A DNA stretch of 63,909 nucleotides, filler included, from Welwitschia mirabilis (lineage: Eukaryota): the NCBI GenBank assembly GCA_051453625.1. It is 7 parts of one record of this genome, joined end to end, with 100 filler letters (N's around TTAATTAATTAA, not from the genome) between each part and the next. Parts side by side here need not be neighbours in the genome. Positions count along the whole stretch, not along the records: positions 50,504 to 59,868 come from JBOZIK010000001.1; positions 59,969 to 62,409 come from JBOZIK010000001.1; positions 62,510 to 63,909 come from JBOZIK010000001.1; 4 more parts are not named here. One strand, 5' to 3'. Under the pieces are notes generated by a model, which was not told where the DNA came from, did not search any database, and worked only from the letters and a program-made list of their open reading frames with translations. The position numbers and the translations under genes are program-made. Positions 50,404 to 63,160 of this stretch are shown one piece after another; positions within the stretch are counted from its first letter, which is position 1, and each line of letters starts with the position of its first letter.

Positions 50404-53400
50404 NNNNNNNNNNNNNNNNNNNNNNNNNNNNNNNNNNNNNNNNNNNNTTAATTAATTAANNNNNNNNNNNNNNNNNNNNNNNNNNNNNNNNNNNNNNNNN
50501 NNNACCTAAACAACCAACTCTTTTTAATGATATGAAGGAATTCTCAATAATCTTAGGTAGTCTTAATTCCATCAATCCTTTTTAACTTGATAGTAATATG
50601 GAACCCTCTAATAAAAGAAACATTTGATAACATCATAATCCAAGACATTAAAGAAGCAAAAGCAATGGAGACAACTTTTGATGAGGATAGATATGCAACC
50701 CCTAATAGATATGAAGGAGTTAACTTTAACATAAATTTAAAGGATCTTAAAAAGAGATTGAAATTTATTTTCATCAATAACAATCATAATAAGCCACTAA
50801 TCATTAGTAGTCATCTCTACCCCAAAGGTAAGCAAACTCTAGTATCACTCCTCACATCTAAATCTAAAGCTTTTGCTTAGAGTTACAAGGACCTATCTCC
50901 TATTCCATCACATATTATTTAATACAAGATATACCTATAGGATAATTTAAAACCCATAAGGCAACCTCAAAAATGTTTAAACTAGCACTAAAATAAGTGG
51001 TTAAATATGAGATCATGAAACTTTTAGATGTTGACATCATTTATCCTATAAGTAATAGTGAGTGGATTAGCTCATTAACTATAGTACCTAAGAAAGGTGA
51101 TAAGTGGAGAGTATGCATAGACTTCCAAAGACTTAATGAAGTAACTAAAAAGGATCATTTCCCTCTCCCTTTTCTTAATTAAGTATTGCATAGAATAGAA
51201 AGACATGCATTTTATTATTTCCTTGATGGTTATAGTGGATACAACCAAGTATGTATTGCAAATGAAGATTAAGCAAAGACTAATTTCACCTTCCCTTTTG
51301 GTACTTATGCTTTTAAAAGAATTCCTTTTGGTTTATGCAATGCTCTAAGTACCTTTCAACATACTATGATGGAAATTTTTAGTAACCTTATGGAAAACTC
51401 CATTGAAATTTTTATGGATGATTNNNNNNNNNNNNNNNNNNNNNNNNNNNNNNNNNNNNNNNNNNNNNNNNNNNNNNNNNNNNNNNNNNNNNNNNNNNNN
51501 NNNNNNNNNNNNNNNNNNNNNNNNNNNNNNNNNNNNNNNNNNNNNNNNNNNNNNNNNNNNNNNNNNNNNNNNNNNNNNNNNNNNNNNNNNNNNNNNNNNN
51601 NNNNNNNNNNNNNNNNNNNNNNNNNNNNNNNNNNNNNNNNNNNNNNNNNNNNNNNNNNNNNNNNNNNNNNNNNNNNNNNNNNNNNNNNNNNNNNNNNNNN
51701 NNNNNNNNNNNNNNNNNNNNNNNNNNNNNNNNNNNNNNNNNNNNNNNNNNNNNNNNNNNNNNNNNNNNNNNNNNNNNNNNNNNNNNNNNNNNNNNNNNNN
51801 NNNNNNNNNNNNNNNNNNNNNNNNNNNNNNNNNNNNNNNNNNNNNNNNNNNNNNNNNNNNNNNNNNNNNNNNNNNNNNNNNNNNNNNNNNNNNNNNNNNN
51901 NNNNNNNNNNNNNNNNNNNNNNNNNNNNNNNNNNNNNNNNNNNNNNNNNNNNNNNNNNNNNNNNNNNNNNNNNNNNNNNNNNNNNNNNNNNNNNNNNNNN
52001 NNNNNNNNNNNNNNNNNNNNNNNNNNNNNNNNNNNNNNNNNNNNNNNNNNNNNNNNNNNNNNNNNNNNNNNNNNNNNNNNNNNNNNNNNNNNNNNNNNNN
52101 NNNNNNNNNNNNNNNNNNNNNNNNNNNNNNNNNNNNNNNNNNNNNNNNNNNNNNNNNNNNNNNNNNNNNNNNNNNNNNNNNNNNNNNNNNNNNNNNNNNN
52201 NNNNNNNNNNNNNNNNNNNNNNNNNNNNNNNNNNNNNNNNNNNNNNNNNNNNNNNNNNNNNNNNNNNNNNNNNNNNNNNNNNNNNNNNNNNNNNNNNNNN
52301 NNNNNNNNNNNNNNNNNNNNNNNNNNNNNNNNNNNNNNNNNNNNNNNNNNNNNACCTTTTCATTAGAATAGAAACCAATGAAAATATTTCCATCATAGGA
52401 TAGGTGACTATGAATGGATTGAACCACATCTGTATAGGCAATGCAAAGATCAAATCATGAGCAAATGTATTCCTAAATGGGAGAAAAAAGAAATTCTTAT
52501 TATTTCTCATGGTAGAGTTTTTAGAGATCATTTTAGTGGCCAAAAGGCTACAATGAAAATCTTATATTTAGGATTCTATTAGCCCTTTATATTCAAAATG
52601 CCTTTGNNNNNNNNNNGCTAGGAAGTGTAATTCTTGTCAACGATCTAGAGGTCTTACTCAAACTCATGACATGCCTCTTATACCTATCTTGGAATGTGAC
52701 TCTTTTGATTATTAGAATATAGACTTTGTAGGTCCTCTTAAACCCCCTTCATGTGTAAATAATTATATCTTAGTGATAGTTGATTATGTAACAAAATGGT
52801 TTGGATCTATTCCAACATAGACTTGTGATGTAAAAACTGTTTGGCAATTTCTTAAATCCAACATATTTCAAAGATTTAGATTTCCTAGGATTCTCATTTC
52901 TAATTAAGATACTTAATTTATTAATAATATCCTTAGGAAACTCTTACTTTTAGTTGGAATTGGATATATAATAGCTAATTCTTATCATCCACAATTAAAT
53001 GGGCAAGCTAAAAATTCTAATCACAAGATTAAGAAAGTACTCTCTAAACTTTGTTATAAGTATTGAAAATCATGGGCACTTTATCTTAATGATGTCCTTT
53101 GGACTTATCGTATGACTTGGCATAATTCTTTAGGTTTCTCTCCTTATGAACTTATCTATGGAGAAACATGTGTGCTTTTAGTCAATGTGTGCTATAATTC
53201 TTACAAAACAGTCCATCAACTTAACCTTGTTTCTCATGCTGATAATCTTTAAGCATGCTTAATCCAATTGAATTGCCTTAATGAAAATAGAATTCAGACT
53301 CTCCATAACCAATTTATAATTAAATTCCAAGCTAAAGATAAACATGATAAAAACCTTATGCATAAAGACTTTCACCCTAGCTAGTATATTCTACTCTTTA

Positions 53401-53551
53401 ATGCTAGAGTTTATTTAATTCATAACAAACTAACTTCTAGATGGTTAGATCCATATCTAATTGTGAAAGTACATTCTAATGATTTAGTTGAGATTTCTGA
53501 CCCAAAACTAATGAAATAATAAAGGTAAATGGATAATGTTGAAAGAATTAT

Positions 53552-53668
53552 CTCTTACTTAGTCAACATGATAGATGTAGTTAAGTTAGAGGACCCTCTC
53601 CTTAAAAAAGGCTCTTACTTAGTCAACATGATAGATGTAGTTGAGTTAGAGGGCCCTCTCCTTAAAAA
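53552..53668 (+). repeat. 60 bp tandem duplication at the end of integrase
   Basis: ctcttacttagtcaacatgatagatgtagtt.agttagagg.ccctctccttaaaaa x2. Confidence 0.92.
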
Positions 53669-56600
53669 CGAGGAGTTCCTTCCCTTTGTTATTATCTAGA
53701 TGACTTATTAATTTGATTTATTTTAGAATTATTAGACTACTTGATCATCCTTCATATGACCAATTCTCCATCATTAAGATTCATGATGTTGAATAAGTGA
53801 TGAGTTTGGACTTATCCAAACTCAAGGTATTCAAATACCTATGAATCCTTGATGCTCATCAATTTCGTTATTAGAAAAGTGCAAATAACTTTAAAAGAAA
53901 AAGAAATTATGTTTATTTCCATGATGTTCTACCGTAAGTAAACCAGAGGGATAGTTGGCTTTTATGTCCATTCTCTTTTAGCAGTGTGATATGATAGCTG
54001 TGAAGGCTCCACCTAGGGGATAGTTGGTTATGATCAGGTTTTTACCTTNNNATCCCTTATCCTATGGTAGTGGTTGCATCTTTCTCATCATTAAGAAACG
54101 TGTTTCTTAACACTTAATCTCCCTTTCTAAATAAAACATCCCAAAACAAAAAAAAAGGAAAAAAATGAAAAGCAGGGAGGGAGGAAAGAGGAGGAAGAGA
54201 AAGAAAGAAGAAGAAAGATAAAAAGCATTCAAAAATTTCTCTAAGTACCTTGATGAGAATCTCTTCATAATCACTTACTTTTGAATCTATTATCTTTAAA
54301 AAATTATTTCATGTATATCTTTTACATTAATTAGTTTAACAGTTATTCTATGTGGGTCTTGTTAGGTTGGCATCTATAATAAAAGGGACTAACCTTCTTC
54401 ATGTTATTTAAATTCATTTCTTTCATACTNNNNNNNNNNNNNNNNNNNNNNNNNNNNNNNNNNNNNNNNNNNNNNNNNNNNNNNNNNNNNNNNNNNNNNN
54501 NNNNNNNNNNNNNNNNNNNNNNNNNNNNNNNNNNNNNNNNNNNNNNNNNNNNNNNNNNNNNNNNNNNNNNNNNNNNNNNNNNNNNNNNNNNNNNNNNNNN
54601 NNNNNNNNNNNNNNNNNNNNNNNNNNNNNNNNNNNNNNNNNNNNNNNNNNNNNNNNNNNNNNNNNNNNNNNNNNNNNNNNNNNNNNNNNNNNNNNNNNNN
54701 NNNNNNNNNNNNNNNNNNNNNNNNNNNNNNNNNNNNNNNNNNNNNNNNNNNNNNNNNNNNNNNNNNNNNNNNNNNNNNNNNNNNNNNNNNNNNNNNNNNN
54801 NNNNNNNNNNNNNNNNNNNNNNNNNNNNNNNNNNNNNNNNNNNNNNNNNNNNNNNNNNNNNNNNNNNNNNNNNNNNNNNNNNNNNNNNNNNNNNNNNNNN
54901 NNNNNNNNNNNNNNNNNNNNNNNNNNNNNNNNNNNNNNNNNNNNNNNNNNNNNNNNNNNNNNNNNNNNNNNNNNNNNNNNNNNNNNNNNNNNNNNNNNNN
55001 NNNNNNNNNNNNNNNNNNNNNNNNNNNNNNNNNNNNNNNNNNNNNNNNNNNNNNNNNNNNNNNNNNNNNNNNNNNNNNNNNNNNNNNNNNNNNNNNNNNN
55101 NNNNNNNNNNNNNNNNNNNNNNNNNNNNNNNNNNNNNNNNNNNNNNNNNNNNNNNNNNNNNNNNNNNNNNNNNNNNNNNNNNNNNNNNNNNNNNNNNNNN
55201 NNNNNNNNNNNNNNNNNNNNNNNNNNNNNNNNNNNNNNNNNNNNNNNNNNTGTTATTTAAATTCATTTCTTTCATACTTCAATAGTCAAGTTAAAAATTC
55301 TCAAAATCAAATTGCATTCTCTTAAATTTCTTATTAGGTTTAATTTAGTTAAGTTAAGTTATCCATCATAAACTCTACGCATTCTATCATTCAACTACTA
55401 GCCTTGAAAATATTATGGACATGTTAGGGCTTAATTTTTTGCATTTCATCTTCAATTCTCAATTTGTAATTTATAGTTTTTATGTCTCTAGCACCTCATG
55501 ATCCATTTCTAATCTTAAATTTCTATTATGCCTAATTCTTATAAAGCTTTTCTAAAATCCATATGACTATGCCACTTTCAATTCTAAATTTATCTTATGC
55601 ATGTGTCTTCAAAAAGCCTATCGTGTCATGTGTCATGCTTATGATAAATGCCATGACACTTGTTTGAATAGTATCATGCCTTATGTCATCCCCATAACTA
55701 ATGAAACAACACACAAATTCAATTCCTATCAAATTCACTACATAATTCATGATACTTATCCCTCTCTCAGTTATAAAACCTGAAAGCACTCAAATTTGGA
55801 TGAGGTTAAAATTACGAAATTGCCTAAACCACAAAAGTTTCTTGGACTTCCTTATTAGATTGCTTCAAATGCTATTTTTGGTTAATTTAGCAAATTAATC
55901 TCTATCACTAGATCCTTTACAAATCACTTAGCTAGGATCCATTATTTCTTATTAACTTTGAGGCTAGTTTAATAAAAAATTTTAAGGCCTATCTTCATCA
56001 TATTAGAATTTTGACAATTTCTGAGCATAATGTTAGATTTCATAAAAATTAAGTTTATGATGAAAATTCCCTTTATTATTAATCTTTAACTTCAAAATCT
56101 AGGCTTGATTAGAATTCAGGAAGGCTATCGTTTAGTGTGTCATCCCCATGACATGCAGGACAATGACTGTAATTTTTGTCTCTGAATGGTCATGCCATAT
56201 TGTCATCCACACGATAATGTAAACAACACATATGTTATTGCTTATGCCATCCTCACAACATGAGGGATGATAGTGCAACAGATCTTCTATATATCCCTCT
56301 TTCTTCCTCATTTTCAAATTAAATCTTATGTTACTTATTTCCTTTACTTTCTTTTAGGTGCCTCACTTATCTTTCACCTTTGGAGCTATTAATTGTAAGT
56401 AATTTAGTTATATTTTCTTAAAAGGAGGTAATTCTTCACCTTTTCTATGGTTTAAAAATTCTCAATTTTACTCATTTCTGTTGTTCTAGATTGTATCTAA
56501 TGATATCTCTCCATACCGACCGCTGATCTACACTTAGAAACTTATGAAATCAAATTTCATTTATTAATTTTAAAGTTCTAAGTATTTTCTCCTAAAATTT

Positions 56601-56829
56601 CATGTTTTTCACTTTTTAGAGTTTTTTGCTTATCATGCACTCAATTTGTAGTAGTTTTTATTATGTTAAATATCAAATCAATCCTTGTTTCATTAGCTAT
56701 GATCTAGTTCTTATGAAAGAACATTTGGTTGCCTATATATAAAGTTATGAATATTTTTCCCTTTTTTCTTAAACTGGTGCATATTTATTTTGTGGATTTT
56801 TTCATGTATTGATGTAGGTGCATTCTCTT

Positions 56830-57880
56830 CTCAAACTTGTGCATGCTCTATTACTACCTAAGCAGTAGAACAATAGGAGTGAGAGGCTATTCTATAAGAG
56901 TGAAGGCATAGCCTGGCTTCTTCTATTTACTAGAGGGAGATGAATTTCAATGATTATATTTAAAGGCTTGATCCTAATTTAGACCATGCACTGTAGGGTC
57001 TTGATATTCAAGGTTAATTATTACATACTCATGACTATTATTATGAGGTGAAGATTATTCAGTTTTACCAAACCTTTGAGATTATCTCATCCACTAGGGA
57101 GGATGACTCATGTTATGATCAAATCAGAGCCACTATAGGAGAACATTGCATATACATTAAGCCACAACACATCATAGAAGTCACAGGGGTTTCAATAGAT
57201 GGGAAGAGGATTGATCTTAGTAGGAGTGAGTCAAATAGGTGGACCTATTTTATCTAGCTAGAGTTACTGTATCACACAAGTGATGATCAGCGAGGGGTTA
57301 CTATGACATATTTGCCTTTTTACTACCACATCCTTCACTGAGCCATTATCCATAATATAGCTCCAGTACATCATAACTCACATGCTATGATTACCAATCT
57401 TTAGATTTTAGCCCTTATTCATCATGGAGATAGGATGGACTTAGCCACCTTCATTTGGCACTAATTGAGATGGATGAGCACCCAACACCAATTTTCTACC
57501 ATATCCTATCCTTTTCTACTAAATGATATCTTTTTAGATTAGAGATTCTCATTCCAACAGAGACTCCTCACTTATTTCACATCTTAGTTGATGACACCTA
57601 TTTCAGGATATTAGGGATAAAGATCCCTAGTATGGATCCACTAGCTCCTGGTGAGGCACATGCAGCACAACCACCTCCCCTTGGATAACCTCAAGCAGTT
57701 GGAGGAATCAGCCTAGATCAGTTCATGACATTATTAGGAAGAATGGAGCAGAGGTTATCTTCACATATAGAGTATCTTCATGGTATTATTACCATACAAC
57801 TTGATTAGTTAGAGGCATGCGTTTATGCTATAGAGGAGCAAGGTTGAGCTACCTTGGAGAGTGTGATAGATATTTAGTAG
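56830..57880 (+). pseudogene. Athila-type extra (env-like / plant-transposon-protein-like) ORF remnant
   Basis: IIQFYQTF...IRATIGEHCIYIKPQHIIEVTGV, ILH*AIIHNIAPVHH, IHHGDRMDLATFIWH, LPYP. Boundaries approximate. Confidence 0.55.
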
Positions 57881-59641
57881 GATACTTTGGTGGACATCCC
57901 TGAGATGGTTCATATTCATTACAATGCAACCACATCTGGCCTACAAGAGTAAATCTCTCATTAGTTTTTAGATATTAAAAAGCTTATCATTGAGACATCT
58001 ATGGAAACAGGTGGCAAGAGAGACACTAATATGGAGGTTGAGTTTTAGTCTTCTCCATATAGGGACCCATGATTATTAATGTAGTTTTGAGTTTTATAGA
58101 AATTGTACTTCTTTCATATCATTGTACTCAGGCACATTTGTTTTTGAACTAGTAATCGATATTTATGTAATGCTATTTGATGATGACTTCAATTTATTTT
58201 AAATTGCTAGTTTATCTAGACATGTAATGTAATTTTTTATTGGATTTTGAGGTTTTCTTTCCCCTATAATTTGGTATCCCAAAGTTCTCTTTCGCTTTGC
58301 TTGTCGAAGGCTTGACAAAACACTGGGTGGAGTCCTATGTTGCGATCCCAAATTGCCATATTTTAATTATGTAATTGATGATGTATTGTAGAAAATAGAA
58401 CTCAATTTAGTCATTTTTAGGAATTTTATCATAAAATAATATAATAATCCAATTATAACCTTAAGTGTCATATTTTCATCCATAAAAATAGGTATTCAAC
58501 TAAGGAGCAAAGTGGAGCAAAGAGTGGAAGAAAAGCACAACGAAATAATTGTCATCCTTATTATTGTCCTCATGATAGAGGGCACGACCACAAGGATAAA
58601 GGCATTAGATCTAGCTTTTGAAGGTTTACTTAGTGAGGCTAATGTAACAAGTCTAGGTCATGGTTGTACCTTATATTATATCCACGACACAGGAGATGAC
58701 ATATCCATTAAGTTTAAAATTCAAATCCCAATGAGTTTCTAGTGTAATGGCCTGTTATTGAATGATGAATGGGTGTTGTACCATATGTCTTTCTAACAAC
58801 AATAGTGCCATGAAACTGTCAAAACTTCTTTCTAACTGAGTCAATTAAGATCTAGTTTTCACCTAATGATGCCTCTTCACCTATACCGACCTTCCTGACC
58901 TATAATCACCTTAGGAAAACTATAAAAACCCCCTATAATTTAATCATCTAATTACATTATAATATTGATGATAAAGTCATTCAAGGAGTAAAGGGTTCAT
59001 TTCAGCATAGGAGAGATCATTCTTAATGATTAGGTTATGCTTCTGACATTAAGGAATCACTACCTTGCTGAGGTATTTATAAGACATCTCATTTATTTAA
59101 TAAAATATATTTATTCTTTAATTCTTATTATTTNNNNNNNNNNNNNNNNNNNNNNNNNNNNNNNNNNNNNNNNNNNNNNNNNNNNNNNNNNNNNNNNNNN
59201 NNNNNNNNNNNNNNNNNNNNNNNNNNNNNNNNNNNNNNNNNNNNNNNNNNNNNNNNNNNNNNNNNNNNNNNNNNNNNNNNNNNNNNNNNNNNNNNNNNNN
59301 NNNNNNNNNNNNNNNNNNNNNNNNNNNNNNNNNNNNNNNNNNNNNNNNNNNNTGGACTAAAATTAAAGTATTTATTCTTCCTTATTTATGTTCTTAATTA
59401 GAATGCTATCTTATGCTCTCTAGATTAGGACATTCATTGGTTGACTCACTCTCTACTAAGCCTAGTTGCAATTCTATTATTTCAAGAATCAACTATTTTT
59501 AAAGTGCAGTTTAGGCCTTCAACATTTTAATGCCAGTACTAAAGAGCATCAGAATAAGCTATCAAGTGCATTCAAATCAAAAGAGGTCATACCATCCACC
59601 CCTAATGAGGAATTGTAATGCATGAATGATGATAATACATA

Positions 59642-59693
59642 TGTTTATGTATGTGTATGTATGTACGTACATATATATATATATATATATATA
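59642..59693. repeat. Compound (TATG)n/(AT)n microsatellite
   Basis: tatgtatgtgtatgtatgtacgtacatatatatat... Confidence 0.85.
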
Positions 59694-60364
59694 GTGAATC
59701 CTTAAAGTGGTTACTTGGCTATAATCATCCACTAGTAACTAGATTCACCGAGCATAAGAAACCCCTCATATCTTCCTAGTATCTTGGAAGAGCCAATGGA
59801 AGGAATATATCATAATAGAATGTTATTATAGTAAACTCATGCAAAATATGATAAACACACACACATACNNNNNNNNNNNNNNNNNNNNNNNNNNNNNNNN
59901 NNNNNNNNNNNNTTAATTAATTAANNNNNNNNNNNNNNNNNNNNNNNNNNNNNNNNNNNNNNNNNNNNGTAGCACATGGTGATAGGCATCGTCCTTTAGG
60001 TTATTTGGATGATAATCAAGACGATGGATCCCATGAGGCTAATGGTGACACACGGGCACATAACCCAATGCATCATCCCCTATATCTTGTGGATGGCCAA
60101 TAGGACGACAGACTCGGTAACATGCATGAGCAATTCATGGAGCTAACAGTATCACATGGGCACATAACCTAAGATAAGAAGGTGGCGTCATCCCCTCTGT
60201 CGTGTGTACGTTTGATAGGATGACAACTATTGTTATACTACAATAACAAATTTCATTGTAAGGAGTGTCAAACGAGCGAGGATGATGATAAAAAGGACTT
60301 TTATGATGATACGATTTATGAAAAAGTCTATCCAATTGACCATGTATATAGTGATTTAGAAAAA

Positions 60365-60448
60365 GTCCATGTATATCTTTTATAAAAATATCAAATACAA
60401 GTGGGTGATAAAGTAGTTGGAAGGCACGGTAACAAAGGAATTATTTCC
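60365..60448 (+). pseudogene. rpoB: Nuclear plastid DNA (NUPT): rpoB fragment (open frame may extend back to ~60281)
   Basis: Translates to [27 protein letters not shown], the conserved GDK..GRHGNKG motif of RNA polymerase beta. Confidence 0.88.
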
Positions 60449-60453
60449 GTTGG

Positions 60454-60520
60454 TATGGAAGATCTCCCTCCAAACCGTACATACAACTTTCGTCAAATAT
60501 AGCTTTTCACACAATTCTAT
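60454..60520 (-). other. rps12: NUPT: group II intron domain V/VI fragment resembling the plastid rps12 cis intron
   Basis: AAGATCTCCCTCCAAACCGTACATACAACTTTCGTCAAATATAGCTTTTCAC matches the recalled plastid AAGATCTCCCTCCAAGCCGTACATACGACTTTCATCGAATACGGCTTTCCAC, differing by transitions. Confidence 0.75.
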
Positions 60521-60529
60521 CTACATAGA

Positions 60530-60608
60530 TGGGATCTAGGCGGTCCAGGGGAGCCAGTTATTCGTCGCTCCTCTCTTTTCGAGAATCCATACATTCCTCA
60601 TTAGTGTA
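60530..60608 (+). other. trnI-GAU: NUPT: fragment resembling the plastid trnI-GAU intron (ycf68 region)
   Basis: TGGGATCTAGGCGGTCCAGGG...GCTCCTCTCTTTTCGAGAATCCATACAT matches the recalled TGGGATCCGGGCGGTCCGGGG...GCTCCTCTCTTCTCGAGAATCCATACAT. Confidence 0.7.
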
Positions 60609-62734
60609 AGATGTCTAGGATTATAGTTCATTGTAAAACTATAAATACCCTTTCCTCCTTCACTTCCAAATCATCTTTTGTACTTGATATGCTAATGATG
60701 GAGGCTTGAAGATAGAAGATCTATCTAATAGCTGCAGAAAGGGTTTCGTTGGTGTTAGGCTGTGTCTCTTCCATTAAGGAGCTGTTATTCTATTGTAAGT
60801 AGATGTAATATTCTTTTCATTAATATAAATACTCTTTCATTCCCTTATGCTTTAAGTTGGTCATAGTTAAGTGACAGTTCTATTATTTATTTAGATCATG
60901 AGGGAAACCTTTGTTAAGGTTGATCTTGATTAGTAGTAGGTTTCCATTGCATTTCCATTTCATTTCATATTGCATTTCATGTTTTACTTAGTATTTTTTA
61001 TAGTTGATTTTGGTTAAGAACTAGTTAAATACTCTTCGTAATTGATGTGAATTATAGAAAAGATAGTCCTTATAACAGAAAGACTGGAAGCTAGTCCTTG
61101 TGATAGAAGGATTAGGATCTAAGTAGNNNNNNNNNNNNNNNNNNNNNNNNNNNNNNNNNNNNNNNNNNNNNNNNNNNNNNNNNNNNNNNNNNNNNNNNNN
61201 NNNNNNNNNNNNNNNNNNNNNNNNNNGCTAGTCCTTGTGATAGAAGGATTAGGATCTAAGTAGAATCTCATTTCATTTCCACTTTCATGCACTTACATTT
61301 TATCTTTATTCATTTGCATTGCATTTACTTTATTATTTTCTTTTAGTTATTAAAAAACAAAAGATGAAAACTGCCTTTGAAAATCAATTTTCTAACTTTG
61401 AGCCTACTGCCTTCATTGGGATGACAACATTCAGGTAAACTCCCGTCTATACTAGCATGTGTTTTTCTGCAAGTTATATGATTTATAGGTTTACCTAAAG
61501 AACTTCAAGATTGTATAAATTCGCACCACAACATTTTAGTACCATTGTCAGGGAAGGCAACAAGGAGTTAAGCGAATTATTATTAATCAGATAAGTACCT
61601 TGAATCTTTTTGTTTAGGCTATTTATTTGAATTAATATTGTATTTATAACGTAATTTAAGGTAGATTTATTTTTGCAAAATTTTGTTTGTGTAACTTTTA
61701 GGGACCCTGTCGTTCTCTCTGTTGTCTAGATGACATAGGGTATGACAGTTCTGAAATTTTGAATTTAGTTTCTATTTTCGCAATTTTTCTTCTATTTATA
61801 GTTTAGTAAAACTATCATCCTATCCATCATCCACATGACGGTGAGGATGATAGTCTTAGTTTTAGTAATTATCTATCTATAGTATTTAGAGTTCTAGTGT
61901 TTTTAGTTCATTTTTCTTATGATTGTCATCCTACCTGTCATCCCCATGACAAGATGGACGATAATTCATTGCATTTGATTCTAGTTTTTGTTTACTATTT
62001 TTGCATGCAAGGATACAATGAATTCTGGGTGAAAGACAAAATATCAGTCAACAAGGAACTGGATTAACAAGAAACATCAAGAATTATTCGACTTCAAATA
62101 AGAATCTAGGTATGCACAACCTAAATACACAAATTCTAGAATTTTTTTTCCTTTCTATTTTAGAATTAGATTTTCTGTTCTTTATGTAGTTACTTTGTAA
62201 TAATAATATCACATCTTTTAGGGTATTAAGAAATAGCAACCTTAAAACATCCAAGAACCTTGATCTTCATTATGTACCTATCTTTCTTATTATTTTGAAT
62301 CTAGACTCTCTTATTTCTATTCTTCTTGCTTATTTCAATGAATTCTAATAGAAAATCCGTAGTAGAACTTCTTTCTGAAAGGAGAAGAAACTTGCAAAAT
62401 GATGAGGACNNNNNNNNNNNNNNNNNNNNNNNNNNNNNNNNNNNNNNNNNNNNTTAATTAATTAANNNNNNNNNNNNNNNNNNNNNNNNNNNNNNNNNNN
62501 NNNNNNNNNTATGATTGATTTTTAAGACCTACTAATACCACGACCTTAATATTTTATTAAATTTGATAACAATTCACTATCAGCGTGGTTTGAACTCATA
62601 ACCTGCCTGCTATAAAGCTCACTAGGCCATTTCATTTATTTTGTAACTGACTAACTGCATAATTTATTAAAGGGATCTCAATGAAAAGGCAAACTCAAAT
62701 TCCAATGTTGGTCTTTAAGTGAATAGCTCTGATC

Positions 62735-63102
62735 TGAAAGCGCTACTATCTCAAGATTTCTTAGTACCTCCAACACTAAGACTAGGTTCCTGATCAATTA
62801 AAAGAATAAAATTATAGAATAGTCAAGGGTACAAAACTACAGGAACACCATTCACACTGAAGGAAGCGNNNNNNNNNNNNNNNNNNNNNNNNNNNNNNNN
62901 NNNNNNNNNNNNNNNNNNNNNNNNNNNNNNNNNNNNNNNNNNNNNNNNNNNNNNNNNNNNNNNNNNNNTGAAAGCGCTACTATCTCAAGATTTCTCAATA
63001 CCTCTAACACTAAGACCAGGTTCCTGATCAATTAAAAGAATAAAACTACAGAATAGTCAAGGGTACAAAACTACAGGAACACCACTCACACTGAAGGAAG
63101 CG
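62735..63102 (+). repeat. ~134 bp direct repeat flanking a gap (62735-62868 / 62969-63102)
   Basis: tgaaagcgctactatc...ctgaaggaagcg twice with several substitutions. Either a real tandem repeat or a haplotype/assembly overlap. Confidence 0.7.
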
Positions 63103-63160
63103 CTTATTACAAAAAAAGTTTACTAGCCCATAAATTTTCTTGAGGATTTAAGATCTTGAA

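Larger units (their letters stand above)
50504..59524 (+). mobile_element. Athila-like Ty3/gypsy element, decayed: pol, long spacer, extra ORF, PPT, 3' LTR (~58338-59524)
   Basis: RT WISSLTIVPKKGDKWRVCIDFQRLNEVTKKDHFPLPF, FLDGYSGYNQ, FMDD. Integrase IDFVGP, VDYVTKW, YHPQLNGQ. TG...AACA block with TATA at ~58920 after a G-rich tract. Confidence 0.82.
59969..62409 (+). mobile_element. 5' LTR (ends 61533), PBS and leader of a second Athila-like element
   Basis: ...CACAACA TTTTAGTACCATTGTCAGGGA differs from the Athila-type PBS TTTTGGCGCCGTTGCCGGGGA only by transitions. TATAAATA at 60640. Same tgtcatcc...ggatgaca motif family as 55600-58700. Confidence 0.7.

Noticed and set aside
42040..55285. 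Long ORFs of 285-395 aa in the ORF track
   Set aside because: Almost entirely X. They only span N gaps.
60454..60520. Possible functional nuclear group II intron
   Set aside because: Only a short mutated domain V/VI fragment. No other domains or maturase.
14108..62465. TTAATTAATTAA embedded in N runs at 14108, 20386, 35368, 50448, 59913 and 62454
   Set aside because: Identical 12-mer centred in ~100 nt N spacers, with stops in all six frames. It is an artificial contig-join linker. True gap sizes there are unknown.
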